The notes below the pieces were generated by a model, which worked only from the letters and a program-made list of their open reading frames with translations, did not search any database and was not told the origin of the DNA. Of a stretch of DNA of 64,000 nucleotides, positions 1 to 11,856 are shown piece by piece. Source of the stretch: Tubulanus polymorphus (lineage: Eukaryota; Animalia; Nemertea); assembly GCF_964204645.1 (NCBI RefSeq), contig NC_134030.1, positions 10,071,222 to 10,135,221 on the forward strand. Reading direction: 5' to 3'. Position numbers and translations under genes: made by a program. Position 1 is the first letter of the stretch. Each line of letters opens with the position of its first letter.

Positions 1-344
1 TTTCGTTCTGGACTGATCGATCGAACCGTTTAACATTTTCGCATCGCTCCAGTCAGTTACGTGATAAGGAAGGTCGGTTCAGTGCGCACGGTGGGGACTA
101 GCCGAACATTCGTTGTTCCCGTCAAATTGTTTGTCCGTCCGCAATCTAAAACGCGAATTTTGAAATTGTTCGCTAGCCGGACATTTCCGTGTTTACTGTC
201 TGAGCGGAATGGACATTTTCCCACGCACCAGCCATTCAGCGAAGAAATGGGAATCGACAATCAAAATGGCGTCTGAATCGAGAACACAATATCTGATTCT
301 ATTGTGGGATTTCTCTCGTTAAAATGGTGTCTGCCTGGTATAAC

Positions 345-531
345 CTCGGTTTTCTTAGTCAGTCTACTAGTGGTCGGAACTAATAACTCTGGTTTAACGC
401 ATTTCACGTTGTCGGCCATCTTGGAACTAGGTCCGCGAACTACAGGGACCGGTGCTCGATCACGCGGTTGACTATTTTCAGTTCTATTTAGCTCGTAAAT
501 AATAGACTAACCCCGATAAGCGAAGTTCGCC
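345..531. mobile_element. Degenerate copy of the GGGCGAACTT-TIR MITE family
   Basis: Shares ctagtggtcggaactaat, gtcggccatcttggaa and terminal aagttcgcc with 37899-38140 and 43072-43672. Confidence 0.7.
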
Positions 532-1965
532 TGAATGGTGACATGTTGCAATCATTGGATTTCGTTTTGTTCTAGTTTACTGTCGCCAGGTGGCGCGGAA
601 AAAAATCGTCCATCGTCTGCGCAGGCAACGAACGCGGAATGTTCCGTGTTTTAGTTCGTCGATAAAAGTGCTCGTTCGGCAACAGAGATATCCCAACACG
701 AGCAAACACTGCGCAAAATTGACTATCATACTAGCGTATAAAATTGAATTTACTCAAACCGAAACAAAGATCAACAAACGGTATAGGTTGATCGGAAAAT
801 TGATTAATGCAATTATTCCCAATGCACTCAGTTGCTAACGCGATATCATGTCTATCCATTCACGGGGTATAAGCGATGCCCGCCGATGCGATCGTCTGCA
901 ATCTGCATTCAGATCAGTCAAATGTGAAAATCGACTGGCTTCGAACAAAATGGTTGGTCATGTTTTAACCCAATCGTGAAAGTTAAAACTGGTATCTAGA
1001 ACTACGTCGTCACATGGGCTATCTATGTATCTCTGATGCGTTTTCCAGGCCCGTGTCAAACTGGGGAAGTTGTATTTCAAGAAAAATGGCACTTTTTACC
1101 GTGGAAAAGGCCACTTTCCTATTGAAAAAGGACAGATCTAAAATATGAAGTGCCCGGGTTTTTTTGTCATTTTCCAAAAACATGAAAATTGTCTCCAAAT
1201 TTCGCAAAATCTTGACGCATTTTTTGACACTGACTTTTTGAAGGGAGCTTTAAAAAATTTTAGAGGGTTCGCTCGCTACCCTGAACCCCACTCGGCATGG
1301 GTCTATTATCTTTAAGTCTATGACATATAGCTAATACGGGGTTCTTTTAATTTCGGGTATCGATCATTTAAGACGTCGTGACAACTGTAACAAAATGTTG
1401 TTCACATCCGAGCTTTATTTTAGAGTAATTGTATTGTGAGTCGAGACGCGTACTACGTCATCGATCGATAATGACGTTTATTTTGTAATAATCAATTGAA
1501 TTTTTTACTCTTACTTTCTATTCGATGAATTTTCACGCATTTCCGACGATGATGTTTTGAAATACTGTGAATAAACTTTCAAGTAAGTTTTTTTTTGTTT
1601 CTTTCAGCGCTTACAAACGGGAAGGTGAACGGGTGTGCGCGGCAAGTGCAATTTGTCTTCAAAAACACTTGGCTAACGATCTGTTTTGAAATAAACCTTA
1701 TCTTTGCTAAAAGGCGAACGCAGATGAATCACATAATAACGGTAACAGTGAAGGTATCTGTGTTTTTATTATATTCGTAGATTATCATGATTCAATTTAA
1801 TCTTTTTCCAAAAATTAATATCGATTTCTATGCATTCCACTTTCCGAATACCTTTAGATTTTGTTTAAGGATGGACGGAATGCAATCTATCTAAGTTTTA
1901 TGAGTAATCAATAACTGCGCGATAAAACATGGATTTTCAAAGATTCTACTTGTGATTTGAGAATA

Positions 1966-2122
1966 CAGCGGAACCTCGTTATAACGAACTCGAATTCAAC
2001 GATTCATCGGATATAACAAATAAAGAATTTTGTCCCGAGTGAGAAAATTTGATTAATTTCAAACTGGATATAACGAACATAATTTCTGGTCCCGTGAAGT
2101 TCGCTGTATCGGGGTTCCCCTT
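1966..2122. mobile_element. Tc1/mariner (pogo/Tigger-like) MITE
   Basis: ta|cagcggaacctcgttataacgaa ... degenerate inverted end ggggttcccctt|ta. Related copies at 50285-50463 and 51678-53258. Confidence 0.7.
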
Positions 2123-4480
2123 TACTATGAATTATGAAACAAATCTATTTTAATGAAAATAATCTAAGAGGCTGTGTATATATAATTTCTATGGCCTTCG
2201 TCGATGATATGATACGATATAATATGGTACGACGATAAAGGGTTCTTGACTTTTTAATCCTCTTTTGAAGTTAGTAAAGTAATAACGGTGAAACATATTC
2301 AGGGAAACTCAACCAAAGCCATGGGTTATCGAAATTAGTGTAAACTAAACTCGTGGGGTAGGCTTAACTTGTTTTTTCGGCTGAATGGGTTCATCGACTG
2401 CTAAACGTCGGAAACACCGCGGAAATGCCGACGAATACCGGTAGATAACGCTGTTATAGCGTTACCTATTCAACTCTCAGCGTGTGTTTTGGGTGAGGTT
2501 TCAATTAGATTCGCCTCTTGCGATCGGAAAACAAAGTTTTAACTGAAAATCGACACTTCCAGCCGCTGATCTTACATGGCGTCGGCGGTGGCGGATTAAT
2601 ACGCCCGTAAAACTAACATGGCCAATTTGCTGATTAGAATCACGGACTCGAAAAAATCGACTTTTAAAGTCATTTTTAGAATATAGATGAATTCGAAAAG
2701 AAATTGTTTGTGTCTAAGTGTTCTTAGTTTTTTGTGGTAAGGCCTCATTTAATTTGTTGGATACGGATCCGCCTCCGAGAATTCTGTAAAAATCAAATTA
2801 AAAATATTTTTACTCCTCCTCCGTGTCAAATCAAAAAATCTTTTGTCCTCCTCCGTGTATCCATCACAATTTTTGGATAAAAATTATTTTTCTGATATGT
2901 CCGTCCTGATTTTCAATCTTGTAAAAGTAATGTTCATCTCAATTTTCAATCTTATGATTTGCAAAAAGTTACTTTTTTGCATTTCTTCCATCATTTGAAT
3001 AAACTTTATTACAATTTTCACTTAAAATTTTTTTTCTGCACTCCTTCCGAGGTTTTATAACCGTTAAACGGCTGCTGCGTGCTTAATCATCTATCCTTAA
3101 ACAGGCCCCATAAGCTCCATTTCTCCATCTCGTCGGCGGTTGATATGTCTGAATTCTCTTTTAAGTTGAAATATAATCAAAAGTAACAACCCCCAAGATG
3201 CCGTGGAGGTATTCGATTGACATTTAAGTGTTTATTACGGGAATGTAACTTGTAAATCTAAAAAACACGACAATGAGCAATATAATCGTGATTCGATACT
3301 CGTGTGTTGATTTACATTCAAGAATATTCTTACAAACAACTTACGAAATTCAATTATTTTTCTGGACCTTTGGAGCAAAACTGCGAGTTTTTAAAGCGTT
3401 AAATTTAGGTGATAATTTGCAAAATTTCGAGATAGATCTTAACTGTGGAATTGATACCGGTACCCATTCTATCTCTAACGTCTTTCCCGTGGTGATTCGC
3501 CAGGTTTTTTGCTATTTCCAACATATTGTTTCAAACGCGATTCCTAATTTATAAACAAGGCCACGCAGTTTCATTTTCAACGCGCGTCAAAAAAAAAAAC
3601 ACTCGTCGGTAAATAGAAATGCGCATCCCCCATGCAGAAATCTGTTTTCGTATCTTTTCTTAAAAAAACCAAAACACTCCCGCACGCATCCGGTGAACAA
3701 CCTGATCACACTGATCTTCACTGTCGCCATTGTTACTGTGGCAGGTTAGTATTGCGTTAACGAAATGCTTTCCATCCCGATTCGAGGTCGTTAACGCAAA
3801 AGTTGCCCAATCTAAAAATGAAAAAAATAGTCGCCCTTGTCACTTATGGAATCTGGGATAAGGTTTTTATTTCTCTTTCGAAAAGGAGGTAAAATATAAA
3901 CCTGCCGCCCTCTCGTCACTTTTCCAAAAAAGCCTGATGAGAAACAACGGTATTTCTTTGTATGGTCTAACGGATATTACGCGTTCAGCTCGCTATTGTA
4001 TTAAATTCATAATCGGTGATTGAGTGATCCAATAGTTGTTGCTTCGTTGATAGTTAAATAACGACTTGACAGCCATTTTACTTCTCAATAACACCTCCCG
4101 CTGCGATCAAACCATCGTGCATGTGTGGTTATGTGGGCTGTTTCATCTACGTATACAATGTCCCATATGATACAATATCTGAATATTTCAGAAAGGAGTT
4201 TTTCATGTATTATCATTTCTTTTACGAGATATGGTTTCGAATCAGTTGGAAAAGAGTAATGTTCTAAAATCGCTTTTCAGTTCTACTTCATTCAGTTCTC
4301 GTGACGAAGTCCGAATTAAGCATATAGAAGCAGCGGTCATTTCGGACTCATAGTGAAATTTGGAGAAAAGGCGCCTGTTTAGTGCTATGAAATTCCGTTC
4401 ATTTAAAGCCTACGCGTAAAATCGTTAAAAATGTCTATATCTAATGTAAGAATCTTATATTTTCAGTAGAAGGGAACGAA

Positions 4481-5578
4481 ATGAATTCTTCCTCGAACAT
4501 AACGACTGACTACGACTACGGCCCGAGTACGCTCGACGTATGGTTTTTGAATTCCAACTTGCCGTCGTCGCTATGGTGGGCGTCGTACGTACTACAGGCG
4601 TACGTGCTAGGTTTCCTCGATGTGTTGGGCGTGATTTTGAACGCGCTAAGTTTCATAACTCTTCACAACGAACGCGGCAAACGCTGTTCGCAGACGACGC
4701 TATTGCAGGCGCTGGCCGTCTTCGATTCGCTGTACCTGATCACCAACATGGCGTTCTTCCCAGTCGGCGCCATCGTCGTCGTGAACACCGGCTCGGTCGA
4801 ATACCACAAAAAGCTTATCGGTACGTACATGTGTATTTTACAGATGACGCGTTTGTTCGCCCTTTACGCCGTCGTGTTGGTCACGTTTGACCGGTTCGTG
4901 GCCATCAGGTTTCCGCTGAAAGCTCACAGCTTCTGCACGACGAAAAGCGTTCTGATTCAGATATTCGTGCTGGTGATATACGTTTGCCTCGTCGAACTCG
5001 TGCCTCGTTACTTATTTCCGCATATTATAAACCGGGACTACGTCAATTTCACTTACACTACGATCACCTTAGTGACGACGTGCGTTGTTCCCGTATTTCT
5101 TGTATTCGCCTTCAACATTGGTATCATAAGTGCCCTGTACGCTTCTAGAAAAATGACCGGACAAAAAAGCGATTCGCACAAACAGTTAACCCGTCGGCTG
5201 CTAGCCGTATCGACGACGTTTCTCGTCTGCAACGTACCGCTACTTATCGAGGGTATTTTACTGCAAGTTTACAGTGACGTTTCCGACGCCTACGTGGAAA
5301 ACATCGGCTGGGCGTTGAATTATATTCTGTTGCTGTCGATTCTGTGCGTGGCGGTGAATTCGAGCACGAACTTCGTCGTCTACTGTCTGACCGGGGCTCG
5401 GTTCAGGAAGACGTTCGTCAACACGTTCTGCGCTCCGTGTAAGACGTGCGTCTGTCCGCATTACGACAAGGACTCGCCGGTGAAATTGACGTTCGTGAAA
5501 AAGCGGCGCGGTTCGTTTTCGAACGGTTTCACGTTGACGAAATCCGATTGCGCGACGTCGATCACGTCGATTGCGTAA
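4481..5578 (+). CDS. Class A (rhodopsin-like) GPCR, FMRFamide/sex-peptide-receptor-like family, single coding exon, 365 aa
   Basis: Seven hydrophobic segments. TM1 GVILN, TM2 LAVFD, TM3 TFDRFVAIRFPL, TM7 NSSTNFVVY plus helix 8 GARFR. N-terminal NSS/NIT sequons. Splice acceptor ttttcag at 4460-4466 just upstream of the ATG implies 5' UTR exon(s). Confidence 0.92.
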   Translation: MNSSSNITTDYDYGPSTLDVWFLNSNLPSSLWWASYVLQAYVLGFLDVLGVILNALSFITLHNERGKRCSQTTLLQALAVFDSLYLITNMAFFPVGAIVVVNTGSVEYHKKLIGTYMCILQMTRLFALYAVVLVTFDRFVAIRFPLKAHSFCTTKSVLIQIFVLVIYVCLVELVPRYLFPHIINRDYVNFTYTTITLVTTCVVPVFLVFAFNIGIISALYASRKMTGQKSDSHKQLTRRLLAVSTTFLVCNVPLLIEGILLQVYSDVSDAYVENIGWALNYILLLSILCVAVNSSTNFVVYCLTGARFRKTFVNTFCAPCKTCVCPHYDKDSPVKLTFVKKRRGSFSNGFTLTKSDCATSITSIA

Positions 5579-5610
5579 TAAGAAAAGCGCTCGTGAAAAA
5601 TATTGCAACA

Positions 5611-5828
5611 AGGGGCAGCCAGGTCGGATCCAGAGGTCAATTTTGAAGGACATGTCGCGACCCAAAAGGGCACTTTCATGTCCAAAAAGCAAACCTAAGG
5701 CGCAGTCCCGCACTGAAATGCACCACCACAAATGATCTTTGTTGATAAAATGAAAAAGGGCGTTCAGAAAAAAAAAAATTTGATTGACTTGCACAAGTCT
5801 CACAAAAATTCCCCTGGATCCGCCCCTG
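5611..5828. mobile_element. MITE of the CAG(G/T)GGCGGATCCAG-TIR family
   Basis: Ends cctggatccgcccctg. Similar termini at 23257-23562, 49411-49663, 60142-60450 and 60665-60998. Confidence 0.6.
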
Positions 5829-6544
5829 TGTAGGTAAACATCAAAAAGGCGCATCTCTGAATTAGGCAGTCAATTCTGGCTATTCGTGTGTGTCGAGGCC
5901 ACTCGCACATGAATTCACCACGACTCTCTTCGCAGCGCCCAATACGCATATGCATGCACAAACGTTTGTATTCGATTTTTGTAGAACGAAAAATAACTCT
6001 TTAAGATTTCATTTATGCATTTCACACATTATATACGGGTTACATTATCCTGCTACTCTTGAAACTTGACTACTTGTACTTAACTAGGCGCGTAATGGCG
6101 GAGTATAGATCTTAAGCGTAGAAGTAACGTTAGTTGATATCGCCGATGATTTATTTGTCTGTACAATGTACACTCATGTGAAGCAATCGAACGCTTGTAA
6201 CTATTTCGCAGACGGAATTCAGCGGGTAGAAAAATGTCATTTAATAGGAAAAATGGTTGAAATTGTGAAAAAATTGTTGTTTATGTTACCGTATTGAGAC
6301 ACGTACGTATATCCAAGTAAAGCATTTTGTCTCACAGTCGTCAGACTTAACGCTTGATATTTGTATTGTAAACCGAATTTTTCCGATAATAAATGAATTC
6401 ATTTAAGTTCAGTCTGTGGCGGTTTTCTATTGAGGATACCGTTGTGTGCATAGTTTTCCTCGCCTCTCACATCGTTGTGGAGTGTGCACTCCTTTATGGC
6501 TGATTTATGTGATAAAAACGACTTCTAGGGACGGCTTCACCCAT

Positions 6545-6700
6545 CCCCCGGCAGGGATTCGAACCTGATAGCATCGAGATTGCCACGGTACGAAACCCTG
6601 CCACACTGCACCGAGTGCGCAGCTACGTGCACAGTTAAGATGATGTCATTATCAGCCAATGAGATATCCCGTTTCATTTTTGCCCGGGTTTTCCCATTTA
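6545..6700 (+). repeat. Dispersed repeat also present at 15570-15785 and 17090-17655 (Penelope pLTR-associated or SINE-like)
   Basis: Shared cggcagggattcgaa(c/a)ctgat(a/g)gcatcgaga..gccacggt.cgaaacc..gccacact block. Confidence 0.65.
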
Positions 6701-7340
6701 TAGTTCTTCCGTGAAGGGTTTTTGTTTTCAAAATGTAATTGGAAAAGAATGGCCCGACTCTATTCACAAGAGGTAACGCCCTTCCATCTCTCCTGAATCC
6801 ATATCTGTTTCGAAGCTCTTCGTCCGACCGCTCGAGTTGTTAGATTCGCGACTTTTGTCTTCGATTGATAACCGAATTACCGTTATTTTCGCGGAAAGAA
6901 TATGTTAAACCATTCTATCGATGTAAACGGCCACGGTAAAGAGTCATCTTGACCACTGCAGGTTCTTTGAATACATATTCGATTTAAATAAGCGACTCGT
7001 ACGGTCGATTCGAGCCCGGCTTTAGGAGTTACTCAGCTTTTGAGCAACCGACTCAAGATGAATTTAAAGCATAATAAGACTGGAATAAATTAAGCAGGAA
7101 CAACTATTTTATTTCAAGAAATCAGTTAATCCAATATATTGTTTGTTTCTCACGACTTCAAAAGCTGCGCGTATAAATATTGTCCTTTTTCAAAAATGAT
7201 ATCCAAAAGTCAAATTCGGGTGCCCTAGTCGGTTCTTCGGAATGGATATGATGAAAAATAAGCATCTTTTTCTTGACCTATTGAAATATTGATTTATCTA
7301 AGTAACTGTTCCTTAGCTGTCCGTTATACACCATAGATCA

Positions 7341-9031
7341 TCAGTTACCATATGATCCACCATGGCTTCTGTATCTGTGACCTGAACCTCCATAGCTTCC
7401 GTATCTGTGACCTGAACCCCCATAGCTTCCGTATCTGTTACCGAACGAACCTCCATAGCTTCCGTATCTGTGACCTGAACCTCCATAACTTCCGTATCTG
7501 TGACCTGAACCCCCATAGCTTCCGTATCTGTGACCTAACGAACCTCCATAGCTTCCGTATCTGTGACCTGAACCTCCATAGCTTCCGTATCTGTGACCTA
7601 ACGAACCTCCATAGCTTCCGTATCTGTGACCTGAACCTCCATAGCTTCCGTATCTATGACCTAACGAACCTCCATAGCTTCCATATCTGTGACCTGAACC
7701 TCCATAGCTTCCGTATCTGTGACCTGCACCCCCATAGCTTCCGTATCTGAGACCTGAACCTCCATAGCTTCAGTATCTGTGACCTGAACCCCCATAGCTT
7801 CCGTATCTGTGACCTGAACCTCCATAGCTTCCGTATCTGTGACCTGAATCCCCATAGCTTCCGTATCTGTGACCGGAACCCCCATAGCTTCCGTATCTGT
7901 GACCTGAACCTCCATAGCTTCCGTATCTATGACCTAACGAACCTCCATAGCTTCCGTATCTATGACCTAACGAACCTCCATAGCTTCCGTATCTGTTACC
8001 AAACGAACCTCCATAGCTTCCGTATCTGTGACCTGAACCTCCATAGCTTCCGTATCTGTGATTTGAACCCCCATAGCTTCCGTATCTGAGACCTGAACCT
8101 CCATAGCTTCCGTATCTGTGACCTGAACCCCCATAGCTTCCGTATCTGTGACCTGAACCTCCATAGCTTCCGTATCTGTGACCTGAACCCCCATAGCTTC
8201 CGTATCTGTGACCTGAACCCCCATAGCTTCCGTATCTGTGACCTGAACCCCCATAGCTTCCGTATCTATGACCTAACGAACCTCCATAGCTTCCGTATCT
8301 GTGACCTGAACCCCCATAGCTTCCGTATCTATGACCTAACGAACCTCCATAGCTTCCGTATCTGTGACCTGAACCCCCATAGCTTCCGTATCTGTGACCT
8401 GAACCCCCATAGCTTCCGTATCTATGACCTAACGAATCTCCATAGCTTCCGTATCTGTGACCTGAACCCCCATAGCTTCCGTATCTGTGACCTGATCCTC
8501 CATAGCTTCCGTATCTGTGACCTGAACCTCCATAGCTTCCGTATCTATGACCTAACGAACCTCCATAGCTTCCGTATCTGTTACCAAACGAACCACCATA
8601 GCTTCCGTATCTGTGATTTGAACCCCCATAGCTTCCGTATCTATGACCTAACGAACCTCCATAGCTTCCGTATCTGTGACCTGAACCCCCATAGCTTCCG
8701 TATCTGTGACCTGAACCCCCATAGCTTCCGTATCTATTACCTAACGAACCTCCATAGCTTCTGTATCTGTGACCTGAACCCCCATAGCTTCCGTATCTGT
8801 GACCTGAAACCCCATAGCTTCCGTATCTGTGACCTGAACCCCCATAGCTTCCGTATCTGTGACCTGAACCTCCATAGCTTCCGTATCTGTGACCTAACGA
8901 ACCTCCATAGCTTCCATATTTGTTGTCGTCCGCGTGTCCGTTATTTTTACTGGAGTCGTCAACACTAACTTGTGCACTGAATGTACCGCTGAGATCACGA
9001 GTGTCTCGTCCTGCCACAAGGTAGCAGCACC
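7341..9031 (-). CDS. Main exon of a Gly/Tyr/Ser/His/Arg-rich tandem-repeat protein (GGS(L)GHRYGSY)n, probably secreted; first exon not located; in-frame TGA at 7770-7772
   Basis: Acceptor ttttacag (AG at 9033-9032), then phase-1 GCCYLVAG resembling the end of a signal peptide, a short unique linker and the repeats. Unit variants are 30 or 33 nt, so frame is preserved, and most changes are synonymous (gga/ggg, cac/cat). The same frame ends GGSYGN-TGA-TGA at 7343-7338. AATAAA on the minus strand at 7113-7108. Confidence 0.75.
7350..8915. repeat. Coding minisatellite, about 50 units of 30/33 bp
   Basis: Plus-strand unit gtatctgtgacctgaacc(t/c)ccatagcttcc with a 33-bp variant containing taacgaacc. 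Confidence 0.97.
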
Positions 9032-9924
9032 CTGTAAAATGGAGTATTTTTCTATTATGGTGGGTATACATTGAATCAAGTAACATTTACTGCCAGATAT
9101 AACGTGTCTATTTTCATTCATGGAGTTGTCATATGAAATGTTGCCCTTCATTAAAATACATCGTAAACATTACATAAAGTCAATGACCTTAGACCGCAGT
9201 ACCAGGTATCTGATTATCAATTACTCAATCGGCGGACATCTTAGTCGTGTCATTCATCGTTTATAGATGGGAAAAGGCTTACTGCGGAAAATATCAACAG
9301 GTTTTGATATATAGGCTTAGTCTTGTGACACTATATCATTGTTATAACTGTGGGACTCTTTAGAGTAAAGGCCGAGTCTTGGTGTTATTACTGTAAAATA
9401 AGTGGAATTACCCGATTTCTGTTCTGCCTACCTGTGGGAGTTGGATATTGAATTATGCACTTTATTCAATGGTATCTATATTTCATTTCATGTTCATAGT
9501 TTCCGTATATGTTCACTAGAGAACGTTGAATAGAGGAATAAAATCAACTGGCTGCGGTGTCTTGGAATCCTAATTTAAGCTTTTAAGCTTTCAAATGCGT
9601 TCTTGAATATGCTTTTATCAATTATCCTGGTGTTTCAAAAGTAGTTATACATGTATCTCCCCGTTAAGGTCCTACATTACCGTGAGATAAATTTGGTCAA
9701 TCGGACCGTGGACTCTAGGACGAAAACCGCAAGATGACCGTCCCGTGTCCACTTTGTGCCAAAAAACCTGGAGCTTTTTTTAGGTTTAGCCGATTTTCAT
9801 GTGAATTTGTGATTGGTATACTTTTGAGAGGACCTTTCAACAGGCTGGTCTTATATATTTCTATAGAGTATCTCCTCGGGAAATGAGATCCTTCATTGTC
9901 AGTGATATCCTGCCGCTTCAAAGT

Positions 9925-10040
9925 TTTATTATCATTATCATTATAATTATAATTATATTTATAATTATATTTATAATTATGATTATTATTATTATCATAA
10001 TCATTATTATTATTATTATTATTGTTATTATTATTATTAT
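9925..10040. repeat. (ATT)n imperfect microsatellite
   Basis: Seen directly; produces the spurious poly-Ile and poly-Asn ORFs. Confidence 0.9.
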
Positions 10041-11767
10041 GATTAGTGTCATTATTATTCATATCATCGAAATCAGGGTTTTCTGCAGTTTCAACAGATA
10101 CCCCATTGATTTTCTCCGGATTATTATAATTATTATTATCATTATTATTATAAGGGGTTTCTGACTTTCGTCGAAAACCCTCTTGTAATTCTGTTGATTA
10201 TTATTATATATTTTCCGTTTTTGTCGTACATAAAATTTATCTTCAATCAGATTCGAAAGCTAACAGCTCCAAAACGAGATGTAGAACTCTGATGCTAATA
10301 TAACAGTCTCTCTGAACCAGCAGATTTTAGGTATGTAGTGTCGATCATAGTCTAAACTTTAAATTACTACTAATAGATTCGAATCCCCAAAATCTGATAT
10401 TTTTATTTTCTATAAATACTTTAATCTTAGACAGCATGGCTGATCAGAAAACCCGTAATTGCTGCTTTGCAGCTATATTTATAATTATTATCCTTCTCAT
10501 ATCCAAGTAGATAATCCCCAAAAGTTTCTAGAAGCCTAAGGCAGGGGCACCTCGCTTCAGAACTTGTTACTGTGAACAGCTTTAAAGCTTGCTTGTTGTC
10601 CCTCTCCATATTGTAAGTCATCTATCTTATATTTTAAATATATTTTGTTAATCATAATTTTTTTTTGAGAAAAAAAAATCATTAAATCAGGCTCTTATCC
10701 AACTGTACTGTGTGTACAGTTATATTGGTCTTGTATGTCAAAACAAAGACCTTAAATGGTATTCGTTTATCGACTGGCAGCCGATCGGGGCTTTTCAAAA
10801 CTCGTGAATATGGTCATGCCTAGAGGTGGCAGTTATCGAACGGAATTTTCAGAATCCTATGTAGAAGAGGGAAAGCAAGGTCTGTGGGATGCCATTCAGC
10901 AAAGCATTTAGCCGTGGTATGATGGTATCCTAGTTTGCCATTTCTTTTACAGAAATCACGATGTAGCTTGGCATCTATTTCCAACCAATGAATTGTCGCT
11001 CGTGACATGTTCCACGGTTGTTGTGAGTTTCAAGGTCACTGGTTTATATATTTTTGTCAAAATAAAAGGAATATTTCCAATGAACACAGAGGGAAATGAT
11101 AGTAATATAATTCGTACAACGAGGTTGAGAGAAGAAAAGGAAGATTGATATAATATGATTAATGAAATGTGAGAATTATACGCACAGTTTGGATATTCTT
11201 GATAAATTGAAATCAAAAAGTGCATTCGTGGTAATATATTTACTTCAACACGATCATTGCATTGTGTGTAATTCCAGGTGAACAATCAGACATCGACATA
11301 TTAATTAGAATTAAACGATCAGTCATTTTACTTCAACACAGCCATTGTTTCTCATTTATGATGGATCAAAATCTGAAACGCTGGTGTATATTGAAATCAA
11401 TCGAATCAAAAGTTTCATTGAAAGCATACATTGAAATTCGTCAGATTATAGCAAAACCACATTTGTTCTATCGCATACCGTATCATAATGCATCTATTTA
11501 TTAATTCTCAGCATATTTCCTTCTGACATTTTGACCTGTGGTATACTTCTACCTCCGGCATATCTGTGGCATTTGAATGTAGTTAGAAATCTACCAGGTT
11601 GAAATATCAAAATCTTGAATGTAGGTAAAAATCCCCTCTCAAAAATGTCTCGAGAACATTTTCAATGCATGATATTTCTCCGATTCTAATCATTTGCAAT
11701 CGGAATGCAATGTATTTGAACTTTGCAATGAGCTCTCTGTTGCGATGAATTCTTAAATAGATTCTTA

Positions 11768-11852
11768 AGCCGGGCGCACACTAGGCGATTTCTCGGCGAT
11801 TTTCGTCGCAAGCGACAAAATCGCCAAGAAATCGCGTAGTGTGCGCCCAGCT
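11768..11852. mobile_element. 85-bp palindromic PIF/Harbinger-like mini-MITE
   Basis: Near-perfect hairpin agccgggcgcacacta...tagtgtgcgcccagct flanked by a TTA duplication (11765-11767, 11853-11855). Confidence 0.75.
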
Positions 11853-11856
11853 TTAG

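Noticed and set aside
1609-1753. Possible 5' UTR exon of the GPCR (ctttcag ... aag|gtatct)
   Set aside because: Splice-like signals only; cannot be supported without transcripts.
4540-5854. ORFs overlapping the GPCR (4540-4890, 5258-5854, 5446-5646, 5461-5685)
   Set aside because: Expected by-products of a GC-richer coding region; no domain features.
7341-8915. RYamide neuropeptide precursor (repeated RY-G)
   Set aside because: The Gly is followed by Ser, not by Lys/Arg cleavage sites, so amidated peptides would not be released.
7313-8968. Alternative-frame ORFs (TDTEAMEVQV)n and (HSFRICDLNL)n
   Set aside because: Shadows of the same minisatellite. They are broken repeatedly by unit variants, whereas the Gly/Tyr frame has a splice acceptor, mostly synonymous variation, a unique C-terminus and a polyA signal.
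9270-9450. Candidate signal-peptide exon for the repeat protein (donors near 9281 and 9431)
   Set aside because: No in-frame ATG with a hydrophobic stretch in the required phase 1.
9715-10164. Poly-Asn and poly-Ile ORFs
   Set aside because: Translation of the (ATT)n microsatellite.
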